Assembly (NCBI GenBank): GCA_018971215.1
Contig: JAGXBG010000001.1
Coordinates: 1 to 41,379 of the forward strand
Length of the DNA: 41,379 nt
Direction: 5' to 3'
From: Alphaproteobacteria bacterium
GTDB taxonomy: Bacteria > Pseudomonadota > Alphaproteobacteria > ATCC43930 > CGMCC-115725
In this document: positions 1-9,743 of the stretch, piece by piece
How the letters are laid out: each line of letters opens with the position of its first letter
How positions within the stretch are numbered: position 1 is the first letter of the stretch
The notes under the pieces: model-generated
Databases searched by the model: none
Told to the model about the DNA's origin: nothing
The model's input: the letters and a program-made list of their open reading frames with translations, nothing else
Made by a program: the position numbers and the translations under genes

Positions 1-2
1 TC

Positions 3-164
3 GCGCGTATCGGCAAAAGCTACAAGCCGCGCGGTCCGGAAGACTGGACTTGGCCGCCGGGCCGGATGGATCAATGGGGCATCGCCATCGGTCCGACCGA
101 CCGGATGAAGCAGGCGCAGCAGCGCATCGCCTTCGCGCCGGGAATTTTTCACCCGGCCGGCTGA
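3..164 (+). CDS. 3' end of an unidentified protein-coding gene (start lies upstream of the window)
   Basis: Open frame from the window edge to TGA at 162-164 (ARIGKSYKPRGPEDWTWPPGRMDQWGIAIGPTDRMKQAQQRIAFAPGIFHPAG*). Codon position 3 is strongly G/C-biased, as in the confident genes. No family recognised. Confidence 0.4.
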   Translation, partial: ARIGKSYKPRGPEDWTWPPGRMDQWGIAIGPTDRMKQAQQRIAFAPGIFHPAG

Positions 165-198
165 GTCCGGCGCGGGTGGGCCGGTCGCCACCAACCTG

Positions 199-1028
199 TT
201 GGTGACGCTGATCGCGATCGATGTGCTGTCGCTCGGTTTCGATACGCCGATCTTCCTCGGCTGGGGCGTGTCGATCGTCGGCATCTGCATCATCCGTATC
301 GTGTTGTGGCGCCATTATCACCGGCACCGGCACGACGACGATTTCGAGCTGCAGCAATGGATCCGTCGGGGCACCTATTTCGCCGCCGCGACGGGTTGCC
401 AATGAGGCAGCTTGGCGATGGCGGTCGCGATCCGCTCGAACGCGCCGACCGACAGCTTCGTGCCGATCATCGTCGCCGGGCTCGCCGGCGGTATCGCCTC
501 GGGTTACACCGCGCACGTTCCGGAGGTCGACGCGTTTGTCTGGCCGGTCATGGCGCCGCTCATCGTCGTGACCTTCGCGGCCGACGATCCGGCGCATATC
601 GCGCTCGGCGTGCTGTATCTCGCGTTCGCGTGCACCCTCAGCCTCATGGCACGGCACTCCTTCGCGTGGTGCTCAACCTGTTGACCAACAGCGTGAAGTT
701 CACGCTGTCGGGCGGCTCGGTCGCGGTGCGTGCCTCGATCGAATTCGACCGGCTGGTCATCGAGGTGCGCAACATCGGCGTCGGCATCTCGGAAGCCGAC
801 CTGCCGATGGTGTTGGAACCGTTCGGTCAGGTCGACAACGCCTTCAACCGCACCGGCGGCGGCACCGGCCTTGGTTTGCCGCTGACCAAGAAGCTCGTCG
901 AGCTGCACGGCGGCGTCTTCGTGATCGAGAGCGTCCCGGACCAGGGTACGGTGGTCAGGGTGATCCTGCCACCGCACCGCGTCGTGTCGCTGCCCGCCAC
1001 ACCGCGGTCTGCCAACGCCGCGGCCTAG
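199..1028 (+). pseudogene. Decayed sensor histidine kinase: membrane sensor region with an in-frame TGA, joined out of frame to a HATPase_c catalytic domain; no DHp/HisKA domain
   Basis: Frame 1 (199-684) encodes hydrophobic sensor-type helices and is interrupted by TGA at 403-405 (...AAATGCQ*GSLAMAV...). From about 655, frame 3 encodes a typical kinase ATPase domain: N-box LNLLTNSVKF, G1-like RNIGVGI, F-box LEPFGQ and G2 GGTGLGLPL, ending at TAG 1026-1028. No H-box or dimerisation domain lies between the two parts. Confidence 0.55.
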
Positions 1029-1726
1029 GCGTTCAAGACCTTGCCGTGGTGCGGGCAACCCGCCGTGGCGAGCTGCACGAAAATCCCGGTCACATCCTCG
1101 GGCGTCTTGAGCATCGCGCGATCCTCGCCGGGAAAGGCCTCGGCACGCAGACGCGTCCCTACCGGACCGGGATCGACCAAATTGACCCGGATCGCCGTCC
1201 GTGCAACTTCGGCCGCATAGATGCGGACCAGCGCCTCGAGCGCGGCTTTGCTGGCGCCATAGGCGCCCCAGAACGGCGCCAATTCGCGGCCGGCGGAGCA
1301 GGTGACGAAGATCGCACGGCCGCCGTCCGAGCGGCGCAGCAATGGATCGAGCGAGCGGATGAGCCGGTAATTGGCGGTCACGTTGACGTCGAAGACCTCG
1401 CTCCACAGCTTCGGATCGATATGGCCCATCGGCGACAAGCTGCCCAGCACGCCGGCACACGCGGCGACGACGTCGAGTTTGTGGAAGCGTTCGTTGAGAG
1501 CGGCGCCCATGTGGTCGATCGCGTCGAACGCCCGCAGATCGAGCGGCACGAGTGTCGCCGCACCACCCGCGGCGCGCACTGCGTCGTCGAGCTCTTCGAG
1601 CGCGCCCTGAGTGCGCGCCACCGCGATGACGTGTGCGCCTTCGGCGGCGAAGCGCCGCGCCACCGCCGCGCCGATGCCGCGCGACGCGCCGGTCACCAGC
1701 GCGAGACGACCCTGCAGAAATCCCAC
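1025..1726 (-). CDS. Short-chain dehydrogenase/reductase (SDR) family oxidoreductase
   Basis: 233 aa. N-terminal Rossmann motif LVTGASRGIGAAVA, catalytic YGASKAAL (YxxxK) and NVTANY. The start abuts the purF stop with zero gap. Confidence 0.9.
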   Translation of the reverse strand: MGFLQGRLALVTGASRGIGAAVARRFAAEGAHVIAVARTQGALEELDDAVRAAGGAATLVPLDLRAFDAIDHMGAALNERFHKLDVVAACAGVLGSLSPMGHIDPKLWSEVFDVNVTANYRLIRSLDPLLRRSDGGRAIFVTCSAGRELAPFWGAYGASKAALEALVRIYAAEVARTAIRVNLVDPGPVGTRLRAEAFPGEDRAMLKTPEDVTGIFVQLATAGCPHHGKVLNA

Positions 1727-3181
1727 CTAGACGGTCTCGGCGAGGAGCGAAAGCTGGGTTGAGACTTTGCCGGCGTCATGATCGACGAGCGGCACCGGAT
1801 AATCGCCCGTGAAACAGGCGTCGCAGAATTGCGGCGCTTTGCCGTCGCGCTTGGCCTGGCCGAGCGCGCGGTAAAGTCCGTCGATCGACACGAAGGCGAG
1901 GGAGTCGGCGCCGATGTGCTTCGCCATGGTCTGCACGTCCATCGCTGACGCCAGCAACTGCGCGCGTTCGGGCGTCGCAATGCCGTAGAAGCACGAATGG
2001 GTCGTCGGCGGACTCGAAATGCGCATATGCACTTCGCGCGCGCCGGCCTGGCGGATCATGGCGACGATCTTGGTCGATGTCGTGCCGCGGACGATCGAAT
2101 CGTCGACCAGCACGATCCGCTTGCCTTCGATGCTGGCGCGGTTGGCGTTGTGCTTGAGCTTGACGCCGAGATGGCGGATCTGGTCGGTCGGCTCGATGAA
2201 GGTGCGGCCGATGTAGTGGTTGCGGACGATGCCGAGCTCAAACGGCAGCCGGCACTCGGCGGCGTAGCCGATCGCTGCCGGCACACCGGAATCCGGCACC
2301 GGAATGACGATGTCGGCGGGCACCGCGCTCTCGCGTGCCAACTCCATGCCGATCCGCTTGCGCGCCTCATAGACGCTGACGCCGTCGACGACGCTGTCGG
2401 GCCGCGCGAAATAGATGTACTCGAACACGCAGAAGCGCTTGTGCGGATTGTCGAAAGGCTTGGTGCTCTTGATGCCGCCGGGGCCGATGGCGATCATTTC
2501 ACCCGCGTCGATGTCGCGCACGAAGGTGGCGCCGATAATGTCGAGCGCGCAGCTCTCCGACGCCAGGATGTACGCGTCGCCGAGCTTGCCCAGCACCAGC
2601 GGTCGGATGCCGAGGGGGTCGCGCACGCCGATCAATCCATGCTGCGTCAGCGCCACGAGCGAGTAGGCGCCTTCGACCTGGCGCAAGGCTTCGGCCATAC
2701 GCTCCTCGACCGTGTCCTTGAGCGACGTGGCGATGAGATGGACGATCACCTCGGTATCTGAGGTCGACTGGAAGATGCTGCCGCGTCGCACCAGGCGGTT
2801 GCGCAGGTGATACGAGTTGGTGAGGTTGCCGTTATGGCAGATCGCCAGACCGCCGAAGGTGAAGTCGGCGAACAGCGGCTGGACGTTGCGCAACGCCACT
2901 TCGCCGGTGGTGGCGTAGCGGACGTGACCGATGGCCGAATGTCCCGGCAGCCGCGCGATCACGTCTTTGGAGCTGAAATTCTCGCCGACCAGGCCGAGGC
3001 CGCGGTGGGCATGAAACTGCTCGCCATCATAGGCGACGATTCCGGCCGCTTCCTGGCCGCGGTGCTGCAGGGCATGCAGACCCAGTGCGGTCAGCGCCGC
3101 CGATTCGGAATGCCCGTAAACTCCGAAAACGCCGCATTCCTCCCTGAAATGATCGTCGTCCCAGGGGTGGGTGGTCAGCAT
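1727..3181 (-). CDS. purF: Amidophosphoribosyltransferase
   Basis: Ntn-amidotransferase start ...EECGVFGVYGH, PRPP loop VLVDDSIVRGTT, and C-terminal Fe-S cysteines CFYG and CDACFTGDYP. I prefer the ATG at 3181 (MLTTHPWDD..., preceded by AAGGCGG) over the longest ORF start at 3235. Confidence 0.93.
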   Translation of the reverse strand: MLTTHPWDDDHFREECGVFGVYGHSESAALTALGLHALQHRGQEAAGIVAYDGEQFHAHRGLGLVGENFSSKDVIARLPGHSAIGHVRYATTGEVALRNVQPLFADFTFGGLAICHNGNLTNSYHLRNRLVRRGSIFQSTSDTEVIVHLIATSLKDTVEERMAEALRQVEGAYSLVALTQHGLIGVRDPLGIRPLVLGKLGDAYILASESCALDIIGATFVRDIDAGEMIAIGPGGIKSTKPFDNPHKRFCVFEYIYFARPDSVVDGVSVYEARKRIGMELARESAVPADIVIPVPDSGVPAAIGYAAECRLPFELGIVRNHYIGRTFIEPTDQIRHLGVKLKHNANRASIEGKRIVLVDDSIVRGTTSTKIVAMIRQAGAREVHMRISSPPTTHSCFYGIATPERAQLLASAMDVQTMAKHIGADSLAFVSIDGLYRALGQAKRDGKAPQFCDACFTGDYPVPLVDHDAGKVSTQLSLLAETV

Positions 3182-3358
3182 GCTACCGCCTTTATGCGCA
3201 GTTCGGCCGCCCGCCGTCCGGCTGCCGCAAGCCATAGATGGTGTCGCCGACCGTCGCCGTCGAGACCCACAGCCTTCTACACGGATTGGGCTGCGACCGC
3301 CAGAGCCGGTTGTCGCACCCGGTGAGGCTAGGCCCCAGGGGTGCCCCGTCGGCTATGC

Positions 3359-4018
3359 TTAATGCCCACCCTGGCTTTGCGCGCCCTGGTTCTGTTGGAA
3401 GAGCCGGTCGAGCTCTTTTTGCTCCTGCGTCGAGTAATTGGGCGCAGTCCCCTTTTCCGGCTCCGGAGGCGCCTTGGGGACACTGAGCGCGTGCAGCGCA
3501 TCCTGCAGCTGCTGCTCCACCGCATGGGCGTTCTGCGAATGGCCCGATCCCGGCGCCAACTGGCCCAGCACCGACAGGCCGGCCGCCAGCAGCGGCCGCG
3601 TGCGCGATTGCGTCCACCATTGTGGCGCGGCCTCGAGCGCCGGCATGACGATGAGCATTGCCGCATAGATCAGGCAGGCGAGCAGGGCGCCGCGCACCAA
3701 TCCGAAGACGAAGCCGAAGGTGCGGTCGATGCCGCCGGCCGGGCTGTCCTTGACGCGGTTGGCGATGGCCGCGGTGATCAGCGACAGCACGATCAGCGCC
3801 ACGATGAACGCGACGAAGGCCGAGGCCGCGTTGGCGAGCCGGTCGCTCGGCGTGAAGCGAAGCGCGAATGGCCGCAGGAAGGGAACGGCGTAGAGCGCCG
3901 CCACCGAGGCGCCGAACCAGGCGACGATCGACAGCACTTCCTTGATGAAGCCGCGCACGAAGGCGAACAGACCCGAAGCGGCGACGAAGACGATAATGGC
4001 GATGTCGAATCCAGTCAC
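3359..4018 (-). CDS. cvpA: CvpA-family (colicin V production) inner-membrane protein
   Basis: 219 aa. N-terminus MTGFDIAIIVFVAASGLFAFVRGFIKEVLSIVAWF is typical of CvpA, with four hydrophobic helices. Sits in the conserved position upstream of purF. GTG start overlaps the radA stop (GTGA). Confidence 0.85.
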   Translation of the reverse strand: MTGFDIAIIVFVAASGLFAFVRGFIKEVLSIVAWFGASVAALYAVPFLRPFALRFTPSDRLANAASAFVAFIVALIVLSLITAAIANRVKDSPAGGIDRTFGFVFGLVRGALLACLIYAAMLIVMPALEAAPQWWTQSRTRPLLAAGLSVLGQLAPGSGHSQNAHAVEQQLQDALHALSVPKAPPEPEKGTAPNYSTQEQKELDRLFQQNQGAQSQGGH

Positions 4019-5445
4019 GAACGTCCTCCGCCGCCGGCCCGCCGAAGATTATGCGGCGCGTTCTCGAACAAGCCGAGCAGATGTTTCAAATGGGCGATCT
4101 CGCGCGTCTTGAAGGTGCCGACGGGGGCCGCGCGGTCCTTGCTGCGGCCGCGCCGCGTCGGCATGAGCGCCGTCGCAAAGCCGAGCTTCTCGGCTTCCTT
4201 GAGCCGCGCGTCCGCCTGACTCACTGGACGGATTTCTCCCGACAGGCCGATCTCGCCGAACACCACCATGTCGGCAGGCACCGGCTCGTGCGCCAGCGCC
4301 GAAACCAGCGCCGCCGCCACCGCAAGGTCGGCCGCCGGCTCGGCGACGCGCAAACCGCCGGCGACGTTGAGATAGATGTCGTTGGCGCCGATGGCGACGC
4401 CGCAACGCGCCTCGAGCACCGCGAGCACCATCGCGAGGCGATTGCCGTCCCATCCCACCACCGCGCGGCGCGGCGTGCCAGGCGCCGAAGGCGCGACCAG
4501 CGCCTGAATCTCGACCAGCATCGGCCGGGTGCCTTCGATGCCGGCAAATACCGCCGAGCCGGCGACCTCGCGCTGGCGGTCGCCGAGGAAGAGCGCCGAC
4601 GGATTGGGCACCTCCGCGAGGCCGGCATCGGTCATCTCGAAGACGCCGATCTCGTCGGTCGGGCCATAGCGGTTCTTGACCGCGCGCAAGATGCGGAACT
4701 GGTGGCCGCGCTCGCCTTCGAAATAGAGAACGGTGTCGACCATGTGCTCGAGCACGCGCGGGCCGGCGATCATACCTTCCTTGGTGACGTGGCCGACCAG
4801 CAACAGCGTGAAACCGCGCGCCTTGGCGAGGCGGATCAGCTCCTGCGCCGACGCGCGCACCTGGCTGACGGTACCAGGCGCGCTATCGAGATTGTCGAGA
4901 TACATGGTCTGGATCGAATCAATCGCCACCACCTGCGGCACGTCGGCGCGGTCGAGGCTGGCGGCGATGTCGCGGATCGAGGTCGCAGCCGCCAGCCGCA
5001 CCGGTGCATCGGCGACGCCGAGCCGGCGCGCACGCAGCCGCACCTGATCGAGCGATTCCTCGCCGGAAACATAGGCGCAATCGAGTTTCTGGCCGCTTTT
5101 GCCGGCGGCGAGTGCGGCCATCGCCTGCAGGATTAGGGTCGATTTGCCAATCCCCGGATCGCCGCCGATCAGTAACGCCGAGCCGGGCACGAGCCCGCCG
5201 CCGCAGACACGATCGAACTCGGCGATCGCCGAAGCGCGGCGCGCTGTCGCCTGCGCGTCGCCGTGCAGGCCGACAAATTGCAATGGCCGGCCGCCTTTGC
5301 CGCCGCCGAGGCCCTTAGGCGCGCTGGCCCGCGACGCCTCCTCGACCAGCGTGTTCCAAGCGCCGCAATCGTCACACTTGCCCGCCCATTTCGGGTGGAC
5401 GGCGCCGCAGCTCTGGCAGACGTAGCGGCTTTCGGCGCGGGCCAT
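4015..5445 (-). CDS. radA: DNA repair protein RadA/Sms
   Basis: 476 aa. N-terminal zinc finger CQSCGAVHPKWAGKCDDCGAWNT, Walker A GDPGIGKST, RadA motif AVKNRYGPT and a Lon-protease-like C-terminal domain. Confidence 0.95.
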   Translation of the reverse strand: MARAESRYVCQSCGAVHPKWAGKCDDCGAWNTLVEEASRASAPKGLGGGKGGRPLQFVGLHGDAQATARRASAIAEFDRVCGGGLVPGSALLIGGDPGIGKSTLILQAMAALAAGKSGQKLDCAYVSGEESLDQVRLRARRLGVADAPVRLAAATSIRDIAASLDRADVPQVVAIDSIQTMYLDNLDSAPGTVSQVRASAQELIRLAKARGFTLLLVGHVTKEGMIAGPRVLEHMVDTVLYFEGERGHQFRILRAVKNRYGPTDEIGVFEMTDAGLAEVPNPSALFLGDRQREVAGSAVFAGIEGTRPMLVEIQALVAPSAPGTPRRAVVGWDGNRLAMVLAVLEARCGVAIGANDIYLNVAGGLRVAEPAADLAVAAALVSALAHEPVPADMVVFGEIGLSGEIRPVSQADARLKEAEKLGFATALMPTRRGRSKDRAAPVGTFKTREIAHLKHLLGLFENAPHNLRRAGGGGRS

Positions 5446-5473
5446 GGTCAGGCCTCGAAACGGATCCGGGTGG

Positions 5474-6250
5474 TCACAGTGCGCGGACCTCCATCTTGAT
5501 CGGGCCTTCGCCGCGACCGTGGATGAACTGGTCGACGTAGGGATTGCCCGACTGGTCGATGGTCTTGGACGGGCCCTGCCAGATGATCTTGCCTTTGTAG
5601 ATCATGGCGATGCGGTCGGCGATCTTGTGCGCCGACGCCATGTCGTGCGTGATCGACACCGCGGTCGCGCCGAGATCGCGCACGCATTTGATGATCAGGT
5701 CATTGATCACGTCGCCCATGATCGGATCGAGGCCGGTCGTCGGCTCGTCGAAGATGATGATCTCGGGCTTGCCGGCGATGGCACGCGCCAGGCCGACGCG
5801 TTTCTGCATGCCGCCGGAAAGTTCCGCCGGCCACAGCTCCGCGACCTCGGGGTCGAGCCCGACCGCCCCCAGCGTCTTGATCGCGATCGTCTTGGCTTCG
5901 TCGCGGCCGATGCCGTGGCCCTGGATCAGGCCGAACGCGACGTTCTGCCAAACGCGCAGGCTGTCGAACAGCGCGGCGCCCTGGAACAGCATGCCGAACT
6001 TACGCATCAGGCGCTCGCGCTCGCCGCGTTTGAGCCCGGTGACTTCCTGGCCGTCGATCTTGATCGAACCGGCGTCGGGTTCCATCAGGCCGATGATGCA
6101 CTTGACCATCACCGACTTGCCGGTGCCCGAACCGCCGATGACGACGACGCTTTCGCCGACGCCAACGTCGAGATCGAGCCCGTCGAGCACGACCTTGGAG
6201 CCGAAGGATTTCTTCAGGCCGCGGACCGAGATTTTGGGCGCACCGCTCAT
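5474..6250 (-). CDS. mlaF: ABC transporter ATP-binding protein, MlaF family
   Basis: Walker A GGSGTGKSV, signature LSGGMQKRVGLARA, Walker B IIFDEPTTGLD. True start MSGAPKISVRGLKKSFG at 6250 overlaps the mlaE stop (ATGA). The 96-codon N-terminal extension of the tracked ORF is Arg-rich and overlaps mlaE. Confidence 0.85.
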   Translation of the reverse strand: MSGAPKISVRGLKKSFGSKVVLDGLDLDVGVGESVVVIGGSGTGKSVMVKCIIGLMEPDAGSIKIDGQEVTGLKRGERERLMRKFGMLFQGAALFDSLRVWQNVAFGLIQGHGIGRDEAKTIAIKTLGAVGLDPEVAELWPAELSGGMQKRVGLARAIAGKPEIIIFDEPTTGLDPIMGDVINDLIIKCVRDLGATAVSITHDMASAHKIADRIAMIYKGKIIWQGPSKTIDQSGNPYVDQFIHGRGEGPIKMEVRAL

Positions 6251-7023
6251 GACGAGAACAGCAGGGCCGAGAGGATGTAGTCGAACGTCAGAATCAGCAC
6301 CGAAGCCGACACCACCGCATAGGTTGTCGCGGCGCCCACGCCCTGCGCGCCGCCTTTTGAATGATAGCCGGTATAGCAGCCCATGAGCGAGATCAGGAAA
6401 CCGAACACCGCCGATTTGATCAGGCCCGAGATCACGTCGTCGCTGCGCAGGAAGTCCGCGGTGTTCTGGAGATAGGCCACCGGGTTGAAGCCGAACTTGT
6501 ACGTGGCGACGAGAAAGCCGCCGAACACGCCGATGCAATCGGCCACCAGGACCAGCGCCGGCAAGGCGACCACGCCCGCGAGCAGACGTGGCACCACCAG
6601 GTACTTGTAAGGATTCGTCGACAGCGTCGACAACGCGTCGATCTGGTCGGTGACGCGCATGGTGCCGACTTCGGCGGCGATGGCGGCGCCGATGCGCCCG
6701 GCGACCATCAATCCCGCGATCACCGGTCCCAGCTCGCGCGTCATGCCGAGGACCACCACCTGCGCGATCGCGCTTTCGCCGCCGGTAATGCGGTTGAAGC
6801 CGGTGTGCAACTGCAACGCCAGCACCATGCCGATGAATATGGCGGTGAGACCGACAACAGGCAGCGAGTAATAGCCGATATCGACGAATTGCCGCAGGAT
6901 CAGGTTGACGTAAATCGGCGGCCGGAAGCAGTGGCTCAGCGCGTTGAGCGTGAACAACGCCAGACGGCCCGAGGCCGACAGGAACGCCAGGACGACGCGG
7001 CCGACCCGCGCAACGAACGCCAT
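6247..7023 (-). CDS. mlaE: ABC transporter permease, MlaE family
   Basis: 258 aa. Polytopic, with MlaE-like sequence (...RQFVDIGYYSLPVVGLTAIFIGMVLALQ...MTRELGPVIAGLMVAGRIGAAIAAEVGTMRVTDQIDAL). Start directly abuts the alr stop. Confidence 0.85.
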   Translation of the reverse strand: MAFVARVGRVVLAFLSASGRLALFTLNALSHCFRPPIYVNLILRQFVDIGYYSLPVVGLTAIFIGMVLALQLHTGFNRITGGESAIAQVVVLGMTRELGPVIAGLMVAGRIGAAIAAEVGTMRVTDQIDALSTLSTNPYKYLVVPRLLAGVVALPALVLVADCIGVFGGFLVATYKFGFNPVAYLQNTADFLRSDDVISGLIKSAVFGFLISLMGCYTGYHSKGGAQGVGAATTYAVVSASVLILTFDYILSALLFSS

Positions 7024-8133
7024 TCAGCGCGCTCCGCGATAGACCCGGGCGTAGCGCCGGCCGAGCAGCGTCAGCATCTCGTAGCCGATGGTCCGCGCAG
7101 CTTCCGCCGCGTCATCGATGCCGTAGCTGTCGTCGAGCAAATCGACATACGCGCCGGGCTTGGCCCGGTCCGCTTCGATCCCCGTCACGTCGAGCGTCAG
7201 CAGATCCATCGAGATGCGTCCAACGAGGGGAACCCTTCGACCGGCGATCGCCGCGCTGCCGCGATCACTGGCGGAGCGGAGCCAGCCGTCGGCATAACCG
7301 ACGGCGATGGTCGCGATGCGACTCGGCCGCTCCATGCGGTGCGTCGCACCATATCCAACGGTCTCACCTGCGTCAACGTCACGGACCTGAAGGATTTTGG
7401 CGCGCAATGCAACGGTCGCGCGCATCGGATTGGGTTTGCCCGGCAGTGGATTGATGCCGAACAGCGCGGCGCCAGGACGCACGATCTGGAAGTGATAAGC
7501 GCGGCCGAGAAAGATCGCCGACGATGAGGCGAGCGACGCCGGCGCCTTGGGCAGACGCGCGAGGGCGGTGCGGAAGCGGGCGAGCTGCTCGGGATTTTTC
7601 GGATGTTCGGGTTCGTCGGCGCAGGCGAGATGGCTCATGATCGCAGCGACGTCGAGGTGCGCGAGCAAGGCTGGATTGGCTGTCAGGCGATCGACCTCGG
7701 CGCGCGACAGACCGAGACGCTCCATGCCGGTGTCGAGATGGAAGATCGCCGGCTTGCGCGGATAGGCCTTACTCCAGCGCGTCACTTGGCCAAGATCGTT
7801 GAGCACCGGCATGAGCCGGTGGCGGGCGAATTCCGCTTCGCTGCCGGCCAGCGCGCCGTCGAGGATGGCGATGCGCGCCTTGGGCAGCACCTTGCGCAGC
7901 GCGATGCCCTCGTCGAGCGAGGCGACGAAGAAGAGCTCGCAGCCGGCGCGCAGCAGCGCCGGGCCGACCTGCGCCGCGCCCAGGCCGTAGGCGTCCGCCT
8001 TGATCACCGCCGCCATGCGTACGCCAGGTGCCAGTTCGCGCTTCAGGCGCCGCCAATTGGCCGCGACGGCGCGCAGGTCGATTTCAAGGATGGCGTTCGC
8101 CCGGTCGGTCGCGACCTTGCGGTCAGAAGGCAT
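7024..8133 (-). CDS. alr: Alanine racemase
   Basis: 369 aa. PLP-lysine motif AAVIKADAYGLGA and C-terminal VGYADGW...VGRISMD. Lies downstream of dnaB, as in many proteobacteria, and overlaps the dnaB 3' end by 11 nt. Confidence 0.9.
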   Translation of the reverse strand: MPSDRKVATDRANAILEIDLRAVAANWRRLKRELAPGVRMAAVIKADAYGLGAAQVGPALLRAGCELFFVASLDEGIALRKVLPKARIAILDGALAGSEAEFARHRLMPVLNDLGQVTRWSKAYPRKPAIFHLDTGMERLGLSRAEVDRLTANPALLAHLDVAAIMSHLACADEPEHPKNPEQLARFRTALARLPKAPASLASSSAIFLGRAYHFQIVRPGAALFGINPLPGKPNPMRATVALRAKILQVRDVDAGETVGYGATHRMERPSRIATIAVGYADGWLRSASDRGSAAIAGRRVPLVGRISMDLLTLDVTGIEADRAKPGAYVDLLDDSYGIDDAAEAARTIGYEMLTLLGRRYARVYRGAR

Positions 8134-9637
8134 CGGGCAGGCGGTCGCCGCTGACGTAGTTGTCGAACTTGGTGGTGTTGCCGTCGAAGCGCAGCGTCAC
8201 TTTGCCGATCGGACCGTGGCGCTGCTTGGCGACATGGACTTCGGCGAGGCCGTAGACTTCCTCGCAGCGCTGCCGGTGCTTTTCGATGCGGTCGTTGAAT
8301 TTTTCCTGGCTTTCCTCGGGCCGCTGCGTCGGCGGCGTGCGCATGAGGTAGTATTCCTCGCGGAAGACGAACATCACGACGTCGGCATCCTGCTCGATCG
8401 AGCCCGATTCACGCAGATCGGACAGCATCGGCCGCTTGTCTTCGCGTTGTTCGACCGCGCGTGACAGCTGCGACAGCGCCAGCACCGGCACGTTGAGCTC
8501 TTTGGCCAACGCCTTGAGGCCGCGCGTGATCTCGGAAATCTCCTGCACCCGGTTCTCGAAACCGCCTCCCTCGCTGGAACCGCGAATGAGCTGGAGATAA
8601 TCGACGATCACCATGCCGAGATTGTGCGTGCGCTTCAGTCGGCGGGCCCGGGTGCGCAGGCCGGCAATGGTCATGGCGGGGGTGTCGTCGACGAAGAACG
8701 GCACCGACGCCAGCCGCTGGCTTGCCTGGACGAACTTGTCGAAATCCTCGTTCGAGACCTTGCCCTGACGGATTTCGTGCGACGGCACGCCCGATTCCTC
8801 GGCCAGGATGCGGGTCGCGAGCTGCTCCGACGACATTTCGAGCGAGAAAAACCCGACCACGGCGCCGTCCTCGGCCATGGCGGACTCGTCGGCTTTGGGC
8901 CGGTAGGCACGCGCGGCGGCGAAGCCGATGTTCGTGGCGAGCGCGGTCTTGCCCATCGACGGCCGGCCGGCCAAGACGATCAGATCGGACGGATGCAGGC
9001 CGCCCAGCAACTTGTCCATGTCGGTGAAGCCGGTGGCGACGCCGGTGGTCTTGCCGCTGCGCTTGAAGGCGGCCTCGGCCATGCGAACGGCATCGGTCAT
9101 CGCGGCGGTAAAGGGCTGGAATCCGCCCTCGGTCTGGCCCACGGTCGCCAGGTTGAACAGCCGCTGCTCGGCCGCCTCGATCTGCTGCGGCGCGGTCAAC
9201 TCGAGGTCTTGGGCATAGGCCTCGTTGACGACGTCGGTGCCGACCTCGATCAGCTGGCGGCGGAGGTAAAGGTCGTGGATGGTCCGGCCGTAATCGGCGG
9301 CATTGAGGATCGTGACCACCGAGGCCTGCAAGCGCGACAGATATTGGCCGCCGCCGCGTTCGGAAAGGGCGGCGTCCTGGTCGAACTGGTTCTTGAGGGT
9401 CACCGCATTGGCCAGCTGGCCGCGTTCGATCAACCGGGTGATCGCACCAAATATCCGGCCATGCGCCGCTTCGGCGAAATGCTCCGCCCGCAGGAAGTCG
9501 GCGACCTTATTGTAGGCGTTGTTGTTCTGGAGGATCGCGCCGAGCAGCGCCTGCTCCGCTGCGACGTTCTGCGGCGGCACACGGTAACCCGCATCGCCGT
9601 CGTGCAGCGGCGTCACCTTCGACAATGCGTTTTCCAT
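8123..9637 (-). CDS. dnaB: Replicative DNA helicase DnaB
   Basis: N-terminal PPQNVAAEQALLGAIL, Walker A AGRPSMGKTALA, VIVDYLQL, and C-terminal QRHGPIG. Start taken at MENALSK (9637); the longest ORF begins at 9676. Confidence 0.93.
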   Translation of the reverse strand: MENALSKVTPLHDGDAGYRVPPQNVAAEQALLGAILQNNNAYNKVADFLRAEHFAEAAHGRIFGAITRLIERGQLANAVTLKNQFDQDAALSERGGGQYLSRLQASVVTILNAADYGRTIHDLYLRRQLIEVGTDVVNEAYAQDLELTAPQQIEAAEQRLFNLATVGQTEGGFQPFTAAMTDAVRMAEAAFKRSGKTTGVATGFTDMDKLLGGLHPSDLIVLAGRPSMGKTALATNIGFAAARAYRPKADESAMAEDGAVVGFFSLEMSSEQLATRILAEESGVPSHEIRQGKVSNEDFDKFVQASQRLASVPFFVDDTPAMTIAGLRTRARRLKRTHNLGMVIVDYLQLIRGSSEGGGFENRVQEISEITRGLKALAKELNVPVLALSQLSRAVEQREDKRPMLSDLRESGSIEQDADVVMFVFREEYYLMRTPPTQRPEESQEKFNDRIEKHRQRCEEVYGLAEVHVAKQRHGPIGKVTLRFDGNTTKFDNYVSGDRLPDAF

Positions 9638-9743
9638 GACAGAACTGTAGCACTCCGCCGCATGGGCGGCATGCACGAAACGGTGCGTGGCGCCTGTGAG
9701 TCAGATGAATGACGGGTGTGAACGCTCCGCGACTCGTTGCTAA

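Noticed and set aside
403-405. The in-frame TGA in the kinase sensor region, considered as selenocysteine or programmed read-through.
   Set aside because: I saw no obvious SECIS-like hairpin immediately downstream. The gene also has a frame break and a missing DHp domain further on, so decay or sequencing error is the simpler explanation.
504-1460. A 318-aa minus-strand ORF overlapping the kinase remnant and the SDR gene.
   Set aside because: It is Arg-rich and low complexity, and it overlaps two frames that contain clear domain motifs (HATPase_c, SDR). Shadow ORF.
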